Part shown: piece by piece, positions 1 through 8,697 of the stretch
How positions within the stretch are numbered: the first letter of the stretch is position 1
How the letters are laid out: the number at the start of each line of letters is the position of its first letter
Origin: a virus
Lineage: Duplodnaviria; Heunggongvirae; Uroviricota; Caudoviricetes
Reading direction: 5' to 3' (one strand)
Length of the DNA stretch: 33,450 bases
IMG/VR virus record: IMGVR_UViG_3300042303_000041
Span: 134,648-168,097 of that record
The notes under the pieces: generated by a model
Database searches by the model: none
What the model saw: only the letters and a program-made list of their open reading frames with translations
Told to the model about the DNA's origin: nothing
Program-made: the position numbers and the translations under genes

Positions 1-378
1 ATAAATTTCCCAAGAACCATCCCATTTTGTCATTGCAGTACACACAGCGCTGCTTATTCTTAACCACATTGACATAGTCATACCGTTTTGACATAAACAA
101 TCTTTTAAAGTAGCACTGTTTGCTATATTAACAACATTGTTTGATGCTCCATCAGATCCTCCTAAATGTCTATCAAACATCATCCATTTTGTGTTTGTGT
201 CATATCCACTTACAGATCCTGCTGAAGGACCTGTAAAATTGCTCATAGTACCATGATTATTATTTCCGCTTATATCAAACCAAGTATTTCCAGTTCCTGG
301 ATAACTTTTAGAATTCATCGAATCTAATAATACCGTAAGTCCATTAGTAACAATTCCAGGACTATAATTAACTGCCAT
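1..378 (-). CDS. LamG/concanavalin-A-like lectin-domain virion protein, 3'-truncated by the window edge (not in the ORF track)
   Basis: My translation from ATG at 378 (alternative in-frame ATG at 381) is open to base 1: MAVNYSPGIVTNGLTVLLDSMNSKSYPGTGNTWFDISGNNNHGTMSN...MTMSMWLR...KWDGSWEIY. The 'IVTxGLxxxLDxxNxxSYPGxGxTWxDxSGNxNxGT' N-terminus is typical of phage LamG-like proteins. GGAG lies upstream and the start overlaps the TGA of the preceding gene. Confidence 0.75.
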   Translation of the reverse strand, partial: MAVNYSPGIVTNGLTVLLDSMNSKSYPGTGNTWFDISGNNNHGTMSNFTGPSAGSVSGYDTNTKWMMFDRHLGGSDGASNNVVNIANSATLKDCLCQNGMTMSMWLRISSAVCTAMTKWDGSWEIY

Positions 379-3300
379 CATTTCTCCAATAATTTATTTA
401 AAACACTCTCAAGGTTTGCTATGCGTTCTTCCAATGAAGCGATCTTAGCATCTTGACTCACTACTCTCTTAGCCAATTCAATGGCAGAAACTAAAGCAGC
501 ATTACCATAAGCTAAAGCTAGAGTACCGTCAGCGTTATCGCTAGTGACAACAACTTCTGGAAGTAGTTTTTGCCAATCTTGCGCACTCGCACCAGCTTGT
601 CGAACATTAGTATCTATACGAGTATAAGTACCAGATTTAACGTTAGCTAAATCTTCAACAAAAGTTTCTGGTAATGTATTCCAATCAGTTTTTAATCTTT
701 CGTCTGAGAAAGCTGTGACGTTACCCGCAGCAGTGAGGTTACCTGTGCTTGGTTGGAATGATATTTTTGTAGTAGATATTATAGTACCATCATTACCAGA
801 AGTAGCATCATGCATCGAAATATAATGCGTTGAAGTGCTTGTAGTATTGTCTGTTAACCCTACGTTGATTGCGTTGACGGCGGTGCTGGCGGTGGTGGCG
901 TTGGTGGCGGTACCAGCGGTAGCAGAAGATCCACTTACGTTGCCTGTTACGTTGCCTGTTAGTGGTCCATTAAAACCAGCAGCAAATACTGTGCCGCTGA
1001 CACCAACACCACCAGTTACTCTTAAAGTTCCTGTTGTGGTGCTGGTGGATGTGATGTTTGCACGAGCAAATACTTGACCAAGACTATCTATTTCAAGCCT
1101 AGATGTGTGCGTCTGTAATCCAGCCCCTGAGGTTGTTACACCAGATGTATAGAATCTCATTGTGCCGCCAACACCAGTGCCAGTACCTCGACCAGCAAAA
1201 AGCATTAAATCGGCACCAGCTATGTTAGTGCCCTTTGAATCGCCACTATAAAGTCTAGCTTGACCACCATCACCAAAAGCAGCAGTGCCTCCTGGTAGTG
1301 ACAAACTAGCACCAAAACCACCTGATGCAGAAGTATTATTACCACCAGAGATTGTTACAGCACCACCATTCTTGCCAGCTGTTGTAGAAGCTGAAGTTCC
1401 TCCAGTAACTGTTACAGCACCGCCAAAGCCGCTAGAAGAACTATTACCGCCTCTAAAAGAAATAGCACCAGCATCACCAGTGGCATCTGTACCAGTAGAT
1501 GCAGCTGGTGTAAATCCAAGAGCAGTTGTTACTTGACCAGATGTCAGAGTGAGTGTGCCACCTAAGGTAAGGTTGCCTGATCCAGTGACCGTACCAGTTA
1601 GTGTTAAACCGCTAACTGTTCCTGTGCCACCTACGCTAGTTACAGTACCTGTGTTGGTTGTGTAACCACTAGGGTTTGTTGCAGCATAGGCACCAATCTC
1701 AGCTAGTGTCCAAGAGACATCAGCGCTGTGGTCAACTGCCTTTCCAGTATTACCAATTGTTAATGTTCTAGAAGTAACAGTACTTGCTGTGCCTGATAAT
1801 GCGCCACTAAACGTAGTTGCATAAGCAACACCAGCTGCCATACGTAAAGTCCAATTACCAGCTTGATCTAAAAAGCCAATTTCATTACTAGTATTAGCAT
1901 ATACATATCCACGCAAAGCGCCTAGATGGCTTCCAGTATAAAGTCTTATGCCACTAAAGGTAGTTGTGCTAGACGCATCCCAATAACCATTAGTTTGAGA
2001 AGACCAATGTTGTGTTGTGTTTTCATTGTATAAGCCAGTATTATTGGCATTGTTTCTAAACCAATTATTAGCATATACTTGGTTAAATGACGGACTATCG
2101 CTAGTTCTAACTGCTTGATTTAAATAACTAGCAAATTGATAACCGTCCCACAAGTCTGCGTTAAGGTTTGGAACTACAGTTATTGATGATACCGTTAACG
2201 GAGCAGTTCCAGTTGCAACAGTAGAAACAAGAGTACTACCTTTAATAGAAGTACCTAAGATTGAACCGTTAACCTGTAGCTTATCAGTGCCATTATCTAT
2301 TCCACTACCCAATACTAAGTTACCAGAATACTGAGCGATTTTAACAAGACCTGTGTCAAGAACTTCAATGCTAGGTATACCCGAAACATCGTTGGCACTA
2401 AAGATAGTACCAGTCATTGAATCTGTTACAGAGAACAGCTGACCACTGGTACCAACAACTTCAAATGGTAATTGTGGAATTGATGTATCTGTTTCTCCAC
2501 CACCAACACGAATGCGTCTAGCAACAGTTAAGTAACCATTTGTAGTAAGCGCCATTGCGCCTTGGGATGTGTTGTGATTAGAATCGCCCCACCAAAAGCC
2601 ACGATCGTCTTCATCGTTAAACTGGAAAGTCATAGCATAATCGCTAAGACCACCATATTGAACATCTGCCTGCATGCCAATTGAATATAAATTGCTATCC
2701 CAAACTCTTAATTTATCTCGTGTACTGGCTGTACCAACAGATAATCCACCAGAGAATGTTGAATATGTACTAGTAGTAGCACCACGACCAGTTACACTTG
2801 ACAGCGTGTCTGTTTCAGAATACGAAGTTAGATAACTTACATTTGATCCACTAGTTACGTGACCTGTAGCATTAACTGTGACGTTATTGTAAGTTCCAGC
2901 TGTTACACCAGATGTAGCGTGGCTCAACGTCACTGCACCAGTAGATGCACTTGCCACTATTGGTGACGTAGCTGAAATAGAATCTACTTTAGTACCAGTT
3001 AAATATGTGCTAGTATCAATAGAATAAGTGTCTGCCGTTGCTGTTCGTCTAATGAATCCCGCACCAGCAGTAGCCATTAGTGTGGCAAGGTTTGTAAGTG
3101 CTGGACCTACAACTGCTTTAATAGTTCTATTGGTAGAAGTGTTTGCACTATACGCACCACTCAATTCAAGAGTGACGTCAGTATTAGTTGCGCCAGCAGT
3201 CTTAGTGGTAACAGAAAGAGTACCATCACCAACCGTAGGTTGAGATGCTGCAATTGTGTAGTCAGTACCACTTTGAGTTATTGTTACGTTTGAACCAGCA

Positions 3301-5936
3301 AGTAAAGTAAGATCACCTGAGTTATAAGTGCCTGATGCAGTTCCTCTTAAACGAGTAACCGTGTTCGTGTCGGTGTCGGTATCAGTCCAAGGTACGTTAA
3401 CAACCATCTGATTTGCAGAATTGAACTGAACGCCATATGTTCTAGAAGCTGTTGCTGAGACCGCATTGGCAGCAACGGTCTGCACTGTATCGCTGAATAG
3501 TTCTACTCCACCTAAAGCAGTTGACGTAGCTGTTGGTAAAGTATAAACAGTATCAGTCCAAGGTACATTTATTACACCTTGGCTAGCCGCATTTAGTTGA
3601 AGCCCATATGTTCTAGAAGCTGTTGCTGATACTGCGTTAGCTGCAACTGTTTGAGCTGTGTCACTAAACAATTCTACTAGACCAAGAGTTGTAGAAGTTG
3701 CGGCACTATATGTAGTGTTTGTGTCAACTACGGTTTCAGTACCAGTAGTATATGCAGTGACGTGACCGAATGTATCGAATGTTAAACCAGTTACATAAGT
3801 TCTTCCAGAAGCTGTTAAAGTTGCAGCACTCGAAGTATCAGTATGACTAAACTGTGTACCGTTTAAAGTTAATCCAGAACCAGCAGTGTATGTTCCAGCA
3901 CCAGAGAATTGGGAGAATACTACTCCAGTTGTGCCAACCGTAGTAACAGGGTCAGGCAGAACCCAACCAGTGTCGTTATACAGTGTACCTTGTTGAACGA
4001 ATGTAAAATCACCGCCGCCCATTTCGGCAGATGTATTGAAATCTTCAGCTCTTGTTAATACAGTGCTGCTTGTGTAAGTGTAAATACCATTGTGCGCAGT
4101 ATTGGCTTCAGCACGAACAAGGATTCGAGTTCCTACTGTTGCGATATTAACGCCATCGATAACACCATATGTTCCACCTGATACTGTGAGAGTTGCACCA
4201 ACTCCACTTGTTCCATTGGCATATGTTATTGTTCCGCCAGTAATAGAAGTTAGCGTTCCAGGAGTGGCTACAAGACTTGGTGCATGTACATGCAAACCTT
4301 GGGCGATACTATCTACGTATTGTTTTGTTACAGCATGTAGCGAACTTGTTGGGTCTGCATGCAAGGTTAAGAACCCTGTCATGGTATCACCAGCAGTGTT
4401 CACGAATCTTGAATCTGCTTCTGTCTCAGTATAGTATCTACCGTCAAGATCAAGTGACGTAATTGCAGTAATGTGCCCAAACGTATCAAGAGTGATATCC
4501 TGTATAACGTTACCGTTTGCATTATCTACAGAAGCCTGTGAAGACGTATCAGCATGGGCAAGACCAGATGCTTCTTGTACTAAACCGCTGCCTGCAGCAA
4601 CACTAAACACCGTGCCTGTAAGAGCTATACCGTCACCATCTGTATACGTAGTATTGGTATCAACCCAAGGTACGTTAACAACCATTTGATCAGCTGCATT
4701 AAGCTGAACTGCATATGAGCGAGATGCTGTTGCACTAACTGAGTTAGCTGCAACAGTTTGAACAGTGTCTGATCCTAATTCTACTAATCCTAGTGAAGTA
4801 GTAGTTGCTTTAGAATATGTTGTGTTAACAGATGTTATTGTAAAGTTTGGATAAGTGCCAGTAATTGACGTTGCACCAGCACCAGTTAGAGCAACTGTTT
4901 GATCTGGTGCACTATTGGTAATAGTTGGGTTTCCACTTACACCATCACCGTTTGAAATAGTAATTCCAGTGCTGGCAGTAAGAGTTCTACCAGCAAATGT
5001 ATCTGCGCCTGTGCGAGCTATAATACCATTCGTGGCAAGATTATGCAACGCTAATGCTTGACCAGTTAAACCTAATGTACCAGTGGTTGTGATTGTACCA
5101 CCAGTAATACCGTTATTAGTAGCAATTGATGTAACTGTACCAGTGTTAGATGTATAACCGCTAGGATTTGCTGCAGCATAAGCACCTAAATTCGTTAATG
5201 CAGCAGCTGCAGAAGTCGCACCAGTACCACCATTGGCGATAGCAACTGTTCCAGATACATTGGCTGCTGTACCTGATGTATTTTGATTTAACGTTGGTAC
5301 ATCTGCAGCTTGAATCGCTGACATAACAACGTCTGTTCCATCTCCACGCAAATATTGACCAGCAGTAACTGAACCCGCAAGGGCATCTATAGCAGCCTGT
5401 CGAGTTGTCTGACCAGTACCACCATTGGCGATAGCAACTGTTCCAGATACATTTGTTGCATTACCTGTTAATGCTCCAACAAACGTAGTTGAAGTTACAG
5501 AAGTTAAACCAGCAAGAGTTGTGGAGGTTGCACCAAGAGCGATAGCGGTAGAACCAACAGTAACGGAACTGTTTGCTAAGTTGGCGTTGGTTATTCCAGC
5601 AGTACCAGAAAGGTTGCTGTTAGTTAAACCGCTGATGGTGTTTGAACCAGCAGCGATTGTTTTGTTTGTTAGAGTTTGTGTGCCATCGAGTGTGACAACA
5701 GATGAGTTAATCGCAACTGTGACTGCAGAAGTTCCATTGTAGAAAGATCCAGATAAGCCAGTACCGATTGTTAGATTTGCTTGTGTTACATTGAACGACT
5801 TGATTGCGTTCGATGTATTTTTAAAATACAGTTTCTCATCAACATAGTTTAATGCTAACTCACCATATTCCAAATCTCCTGCGACTGGAACTTTAAGAGC
5901 CACAGAGGACTTCTTAAGGATAATTTTATTTGGCAT
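378..5936 (-). CDS. Long mosaic tail fibre (1852 aa) with C-terminal intramolecular chaperone (peptidase S74-like) domain
   Basis: N-terminal 'IILKKSS...P...LEYGELALN...KLYFKN' anchor common in phage fibres. T/G/S/A-rich repetitive shaft. C-terminal 'GNVTAFSDERLK...' autocleavage motif followed by a coiled-coil tail (KIASLEERIANLESVL). Confidence 0.9.
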   Translation of the reverse strand: MPNKIILKKSSVALKVPVAGDLEYGELALNYVDEKLYFKNTSNAIKSFNVTQANLTIGTGLSGSFYNGTSAVTVAINSSVVTLDGTQTLTNKTIAAGSNTISGLTNSNLSGTAGITNANLANSSVTVGSTAIALGATSTTLAGLTSVTSTTFVGALTGNATNVSGTVAIANGGTGQTTRQAAIDALAGSVTAGQYLRGDGTDVVMSAIQAADVPTLNQNTSGTAANVSGTVAIANGGTGATSAAAALTNLGAYAAANPSGYTSNTGTVTSIATNNGITGGTITTTGTLGLTGQALALHNLATNGIIARTGADTFAGRTLTASTGITISNGDGVSGNPTITNSAPDQTVALTGAGATSITGTYPNFTITSVNTTYSKATTTSLGLVELGSDTVQTVAANSVSATASRSYAVQLNAADQMVVNVPWVDTNTTYTDGDGIALTGTVFSVAAGSGLVQEASGLAHADTSSQASVDNANGNVIQDITLDTFGHITAITSLDLDGRYYTETEADSRFVNTAGDTMTGFLTLHADPTSSLHAVTKQYVDSIAQGLHVHAPSLVATPGTLTSITGGTITYANGTSGVGATLTVSGGTYGVIDGVNIATVGTRILVRAEANTAHNGIYTYTSSTVLTRAEDFNTSAEMGGGDFTFVQQGTLYNDTGWVLPDPVTTVGTTGVVFSQFSGAGTYTAGSGLTLNGTQFSHTDTSSAATLTASGRTYVTGLTFDTFGHVTAYTTGTETVVDTNTTYSAATSTTLGLVELFSDTAQTVAANAVSATASRTYGLQLNAASQGVINVPWTDTVYTLPTATSTALGGVELFSDTVQTVAANAVSATASRTYGVQFNSANQMVVNVPWTDTDTDTNTVTRLRGTASGTYNSGDLTLLAGSNVTITQSGTDYTIAASQPTVGDGTLSVTTKTAGATNTDVTLELSGAYSANTSTNRTIKAVVGPALTNLATLMATAGAGFIRRTATADTYSIDTSTYLTGTKVDSISATSPIVASASTGAVTLSHATSGVTAGTYNNVTVNATGHVTSGSNVSYLTSYSETDTLSSVTGRGATTSTYSTFSGGLSVGTASTRDKLRVWDSNLYSIGMQADVQYGGLSDYAMTFQFNDEDDRGFWWGDSNHNTSQGAMALTTNGYLTVARRIRVGGGETDTSIPQLPFEVVGTSGQLFSVTDSMTGTIFSANDVSGIPSIEVLDTGLVKIAQYSGNLVLGSGIDNGTDKLQVNGSILGTSIKGSTLVSTVATGTAPLTVSSITVVPNLNADLWDGYQFASYLNQAVRTSDSPSFNQVYANNWFRNNANNTGLYNENTTQHWSSQTNGYWDASSTTTFSGIRLYTGSHLGALRGYVYANTSNEIGFLDQAGNWTLRMAAGVAYATTFSGALSGTASTVTSRTLTIGNTGKAVDHSADVSWTLAEIGAYAATNPSGYTTNTGTVTSVGGTGTVSGLTLTGTVTGSGNLTLGGTLTLTSGQVTTALGFTPAASTGTDATGDAGAISFRGGNSSSSGFGGAVTVTGGTSASTTAGKNGGAVTISGGNNTSASGGFGASLSLPGGTAAFGDGGQARLYSGDSKGTNIAGADLMLFAGRGTGTGVGGTMRFYTSGVTTSGAGLQTHTSRLEIDSLGQVFARANITSTSTTTGTLRVTGGVGVSGTVFAAGFNGPLTGNVTGNVSGSSATAGTATNATTASTAVNAINVGLTDNTTSTSTHYISMHDATSGNDGTIISTTKISFQPSTGNLTAAGNVTAFSDERLKTDWNTLPETFVEDLANVKSGTYTRIDTNVRQAGASAQDWQKLLPEVVVTSDNADGTLALAYGNAALVSAIELAKRVVSQDAKIASLEERIANLESVLNKLLEK
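3374..4823 (-). repeat. Three ~55-60-aa internal repeats in the 1852-aa fibre (4644-4823, 3543-3716, 3374-3542)
   Basis: Consensus ATxTxLGxVELxSDTxQTVAANxVSATASRxYxxQxNxAxQxVxNVPWxDT occurs three times. Copies 2 and 3 share the exact DNA ccatatgttctagaagctgttgctga. Confidence 0.9.
5220..5453. repeat. Perfect 42-bp direct repeat (5220-5261 and 5412-5453), in frame, 192 bp apart
   Basis: accagtaccaccattggcgatagcaactgttccagatacatt occurs twice and encodes NVSGTVAIANGGTG. Confidence 0.95.
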
Positions 5937-5946
5937 GTAATGTCCT

Positions 5947-5984
5947 AAAAAGGAGAAAGAAAAGGGAGAGTATAGACTCTCCCT
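5947..5984 (-). terminator. Intrinsic terminator between the 700-aa and 1852-aa fibre genes
   Basis: Minus strand reads AGGGAGAGT-CTAT-ACTCTCCCT (9-bp stem, 4-nt loop, 5984-5963) followed by TTTCTTTCTCCTTTTT. Confidence 0.75.
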
Positions 5985-5985
5985 A

Positions 5986-5993
5986 TATTTATA
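5986..5993 (-). promoter_or_regulatory. T4-type late promoter (TATAAATA) upstream of the 1852-aa fibre gene
   Basis: Exact TATAAATA on the minus strand in an intergenic region, 50 nt before the ATG at 5936. This is the gp55-dependent late consensus. Confidence 0.8.
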
Positions 5994-6010
5994 CTACTTT
6001 TATAATAAAT

Positions 6011-8113
6011 TTAATATGTGCCACCATCAATGTTGAAACCGTCCAATGTTGATATAGCTGCGCCAGCGCCGTAGATACTTCCACCGACACCAACACCACC
6101 AGTTACAATAACAGCACCAGTTGTAGAACTTGAAGAAGCAGTAGCTGCCGTAAAGGTTGTAGCACCATTAGAAGTTAGTGTAGTAAATGCACCAGTAGAT
6201 GCAGTAGCGGCACCAATTGTAGCATTATTAATACTTCCACCATTAACTGTAGGAGAAGTAAGAGTTTTGTTCGTAAAGGTCTCTGTACCATCTAAAGTAG
6301 CAAGAGTACCTGTAGTTGGTAATGTTATTGAAGTAGTGGCAGTAGTAGTTAGAGATAAACTATGCGCACCAATGTGAGCGAAATTACCACCTAATGTTAT
6401 GGTCTTACTACCGTTATTAACACCAGTACCACCATATGTTGGTCCAACTAATGTACCCTGCCATACACCAGTAGCAATAGTACCAAGAGTTGTGATTGAT
6501 GTTTGACCAACGTAAGTTGATGCAATATCTACACTATCAATACCAACAGTAATACGATCTGCTGTACCATTAACATTAAACTCTGTTCCTGAAATGGTTA
6601 AACCAGCACCAGCAGTAAATGTTCCAGTACCAGAGAACTGTTGCCAGATGACAATATCTACACCAACAGTTAGTACTTCTTCTGTTTGTACCCAACCAGT
6701 ATTTCCGTAAAGAGTACCATTTTCTACGAAAGTAAAGTCACCACCAGCCATTTCGGCAGCAGCATTAAAGTCATCAGAACGAGTAAGAACTGTCGCACTA
6801 GTGCGAACATACATACCGTTGTGTGCTTGATTTGCTTGATTTTTAACAAGGATTCGATCACCATCAGTTAATGTGTGTCCATCAATCGCTGCTATACCAG
6901 CAGAAAGAGTAAGAGTAGCACCAACACCTGCAGTTCCATTAGCATATGTTACTGTACCACCAGAAAGAACAGCAAGAGTATCAGTAGTTGCACAATGTGC
7001 AGCTTCATGTATATGTAAACCTTCAGCAACAGTATCAACATAACTCTTTGTTGCCGCATCAGATGCATTTACAGGCTCAGCAATACCAGTAATAATAGAA
7101 CCAGCAACATCAACTCTACCAGTACCATTTGGGGATAAAATAATATCACCATTGTTATCTGTAGATGTAATTGTATTACCATTAAAGTTTAAATTATCAA
7201 CTGCTAATTCAGTAATACCAGCAATAGCAGTGGTAGTGGAACCATTGGTTAGTGTTGAAGAACCTAATGTAATAGTCTTAGTAGAAACTGCACCACTAGT
7301 AACTGTAAAGTTATTGGTGTCAAACGAAGCAACACCTTTATTAGTAGTAGTAGCATCTTCTGCTGCAATAGTGATAGTATTTGTACCTGCATTGATACTA
7401 GTATCAATACCTTCACCACCAATGAATGACAGTGTATCTGTTGCAAGAGCAATAGAGTCTGTACCAGAATCAGAAGCAATACCAAGAGTAGTAGTAATTG
7501 ATGCTGTTGTTACAGCAGTTAATTGACCTTGTGCATTAAAGGTAATAACTGGAATAGCCGTAGAAGAACCAACAGCAGTTCCTGCACCAGTAACTGTAGT
7601 ATTAGTTATAGAAACTGTAGAGGTATTAGTGCCATCATTGTTAGTGATAGTGATACCAGTGCCACCAGTAACTGCTCCACCAACTGTGTCATAAATAAAT
7701 TCCGCAATGCTAGTATTTGCATCGTTAATGTGCAAATTAGTAATAACAGTCTTACCAGTACCATTTGGAGTGATTGCCAGATCACCATTAGTATTTGTGG
7801 TACTTAGTGTACTACCATTAAGTTGTAGATCGTCAACTAATAAATCATCAATCTTCTTATTAGAATCTACCAATAAAGCAGAGGTAGCAGTTAGAGTGCC
7901 TGGTGTGTGATCTAATAAATCAGTAAAGTACTTACCACCAATAACTGATATGTTTGCAGCAATTCCACTGGTTTCGTTTCCATGTCCAATGTATAGTCTG
8001 TCGCCTCCATTATTAACTGTACCTGTACCGTATGTATATCCTAATTCACCGTTGGATAATCCACTTGGTGCGCCAGTGTTTGGTGATCTTTTAATTCTAA
8101 TTATTGATGCCAT
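6011..8113 (-). CDS. Fibre-like virion structural protein (700 aa), of the type often annotated 'YadA domain-containing structural protein' in T4-like cyanophages
   Basis: N-terminus MASIIRIKRS...P..L.NGELGY...GGDRLYIG. Repeated 'NGNxIxxTxxNGDxxxxPNGTG' units, 'DAATKSYVD' motif and C-terminal IDGGTY. GGAG SD upstream. Confidence 0.75.
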   Translation of the reverse strand: MASIIRIKRSPNTGAPSGLSNGELGYTYGTGTVNNGGDRLYIGHGNETSGIAANISVIGGKYFTDLLDHTPGTLTATSALLVDSNKKIDDLLVDDLQLNGSTLSTTNTNGDLAITPNGTGKTVITNLHINDANTSIAEFIYDTVGGAVTGGTGITITNNDGTNTSTVSITNTTVTGAGTAVGSSTAIPVITFNAQGQLTAVTTASITTTLGIASDSGTDSIALATDTLSFIGGEGIDTSINAGTNTITIAAEDATTTNKGVASFDTNNFTVTSGAVSTKTITLGSSTLTNGSTTTAIAGITELAVDNLNFNGNTITSTDNNGDIILSPNGTGRVDVAGSIITGIAEPVNASDAATKSYVDTVAEGLHIHEAAHCATTDTLAVLSGGTVTYANGTAGVGATLTLSAGIAAIDGHTLTDGDRILVKNQANQAHNGMYVRTSATVLTRSDDFNAAAEMAGGDFTFVENGTLYGNTGWVQTEEVLTVGVDIVIWQQFSGTGTFTAGAGLTISGTEFNVNGTADRITVGIDSVDIASTYVGQTSITTLGTIATGVWQGTLVGPTYGGTGVNNGSKTITLGGNFAHIGAHSLSLTTTATTSITLPTTGTLATLDGTETFTNKTLTSPTVNGGSINNATIGAATASTGAFTTLTSNGATTFTAATASSSSTTGAVIVTGGVGVGGSIYGAGAAISTLDGFNIDGGTY

Positions 8114-8134
8114 TTATTTTTCTCCGTTGATCCG

Positions 8135-8347
8135 TTAAAAGAATCCACCTTCCATGGTTTGGGACTCAAGTGTTGTTGTAGAAACCCACTTTTGCGTTAG
8201 TGTAGAATATACTAATACAGAACCATTTTGTAGATTAGTTACGTTTATGTCTGGTAGCGTTGCAAGTGTAGCATTTGGTCCAGCTGGACCTTGTATACCA
8301 ATGCCAATAACTTGGCTAGTGCCTGTTGTATTAACTTTTACTTTCAT
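8135..8347 (-). CDS. Small virion/fibre-associated protein (70 aa)
   Basis: Short collagen-like GIQGPAGP followed by the 'LxxLxDxxxxxxxNGxVLVY....W' phage tail-repeat-like motif. C-terminal EGGFF resembles the DGGTY end of the next gene. Start overlaps the upstream stop. Confidence 0.65.
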   Translation of the reverse strand: MKVKVNTTGTSQVIGIGIQGPAGPNATLATLPDINVTNLQNGSVLVYSTLTQKWVSTTTLESQTMEGGFF

Positions 8348-8685
8348 GGTATCTTCGTGATTTCTGGGTTAATAGTTAATATACCTTCAACAACTCGTGT
8401 TTTTACGTTAGTCGATGAAACGATTTCAACATCGTATAGGTATCTTCCTGGTCTTATCAAAGATGAATTTGCGCCAGTAAGTTTCAATTGTAATTTACCA
8501 CTAGTGTTTGGTATGAGTATCAAAGTTTCAAAGGTAAACGCAGTGGCAGATCCATAACTTTTTCTAAATTGAGAATATGCACTAAATCCCGTGAGATTCA
8601 TAGGTGTACCATCATTATTTTCAAGGTCTAAAACAGATATAAATTCTGAGCCCTGATCAATATAGAGATTAGAAATCGTTGCCAT
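8344..8685 (-). CDS. Conserved small virion structural protein (113 aa), BppU-N-like beta-sandwich adaptor
   Basis: Motifs 'NLxIDQGxxF', 'NLTGxxxxxQxRK', 'GRYxYDVEI' and 'RVVEGxxxxxPxxT' are typical of a family found beside fibre genes in T4-like cyanophages (recognised by eye). GAAGG SD. Confidence 0.7.
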   Translation of the reverse strand: MATISNLYIDQGSEFISVLDLENNDGTPMNLTGFSAYSQFRKSYGSATAFTFETLILIPNTSGKLQLKLTGANSSLIRPGRYLYDVEIVSSTNVKTRVVEGILTINPEITKIP

Positions 8686-8697
8686 GTTACCTTCTAT

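Noticed and set aside
378-5936. Higher GC of the 1852-aa gene compared with gp6/gp7 as evidence of horizontal transfer
   Set aside because: Spot checks of single 60-nt lines (about 47% versus 23% GC) differ, but the Gly/Ala/Thr-rich composition largely explains this. A GC3 analysis would be needed.
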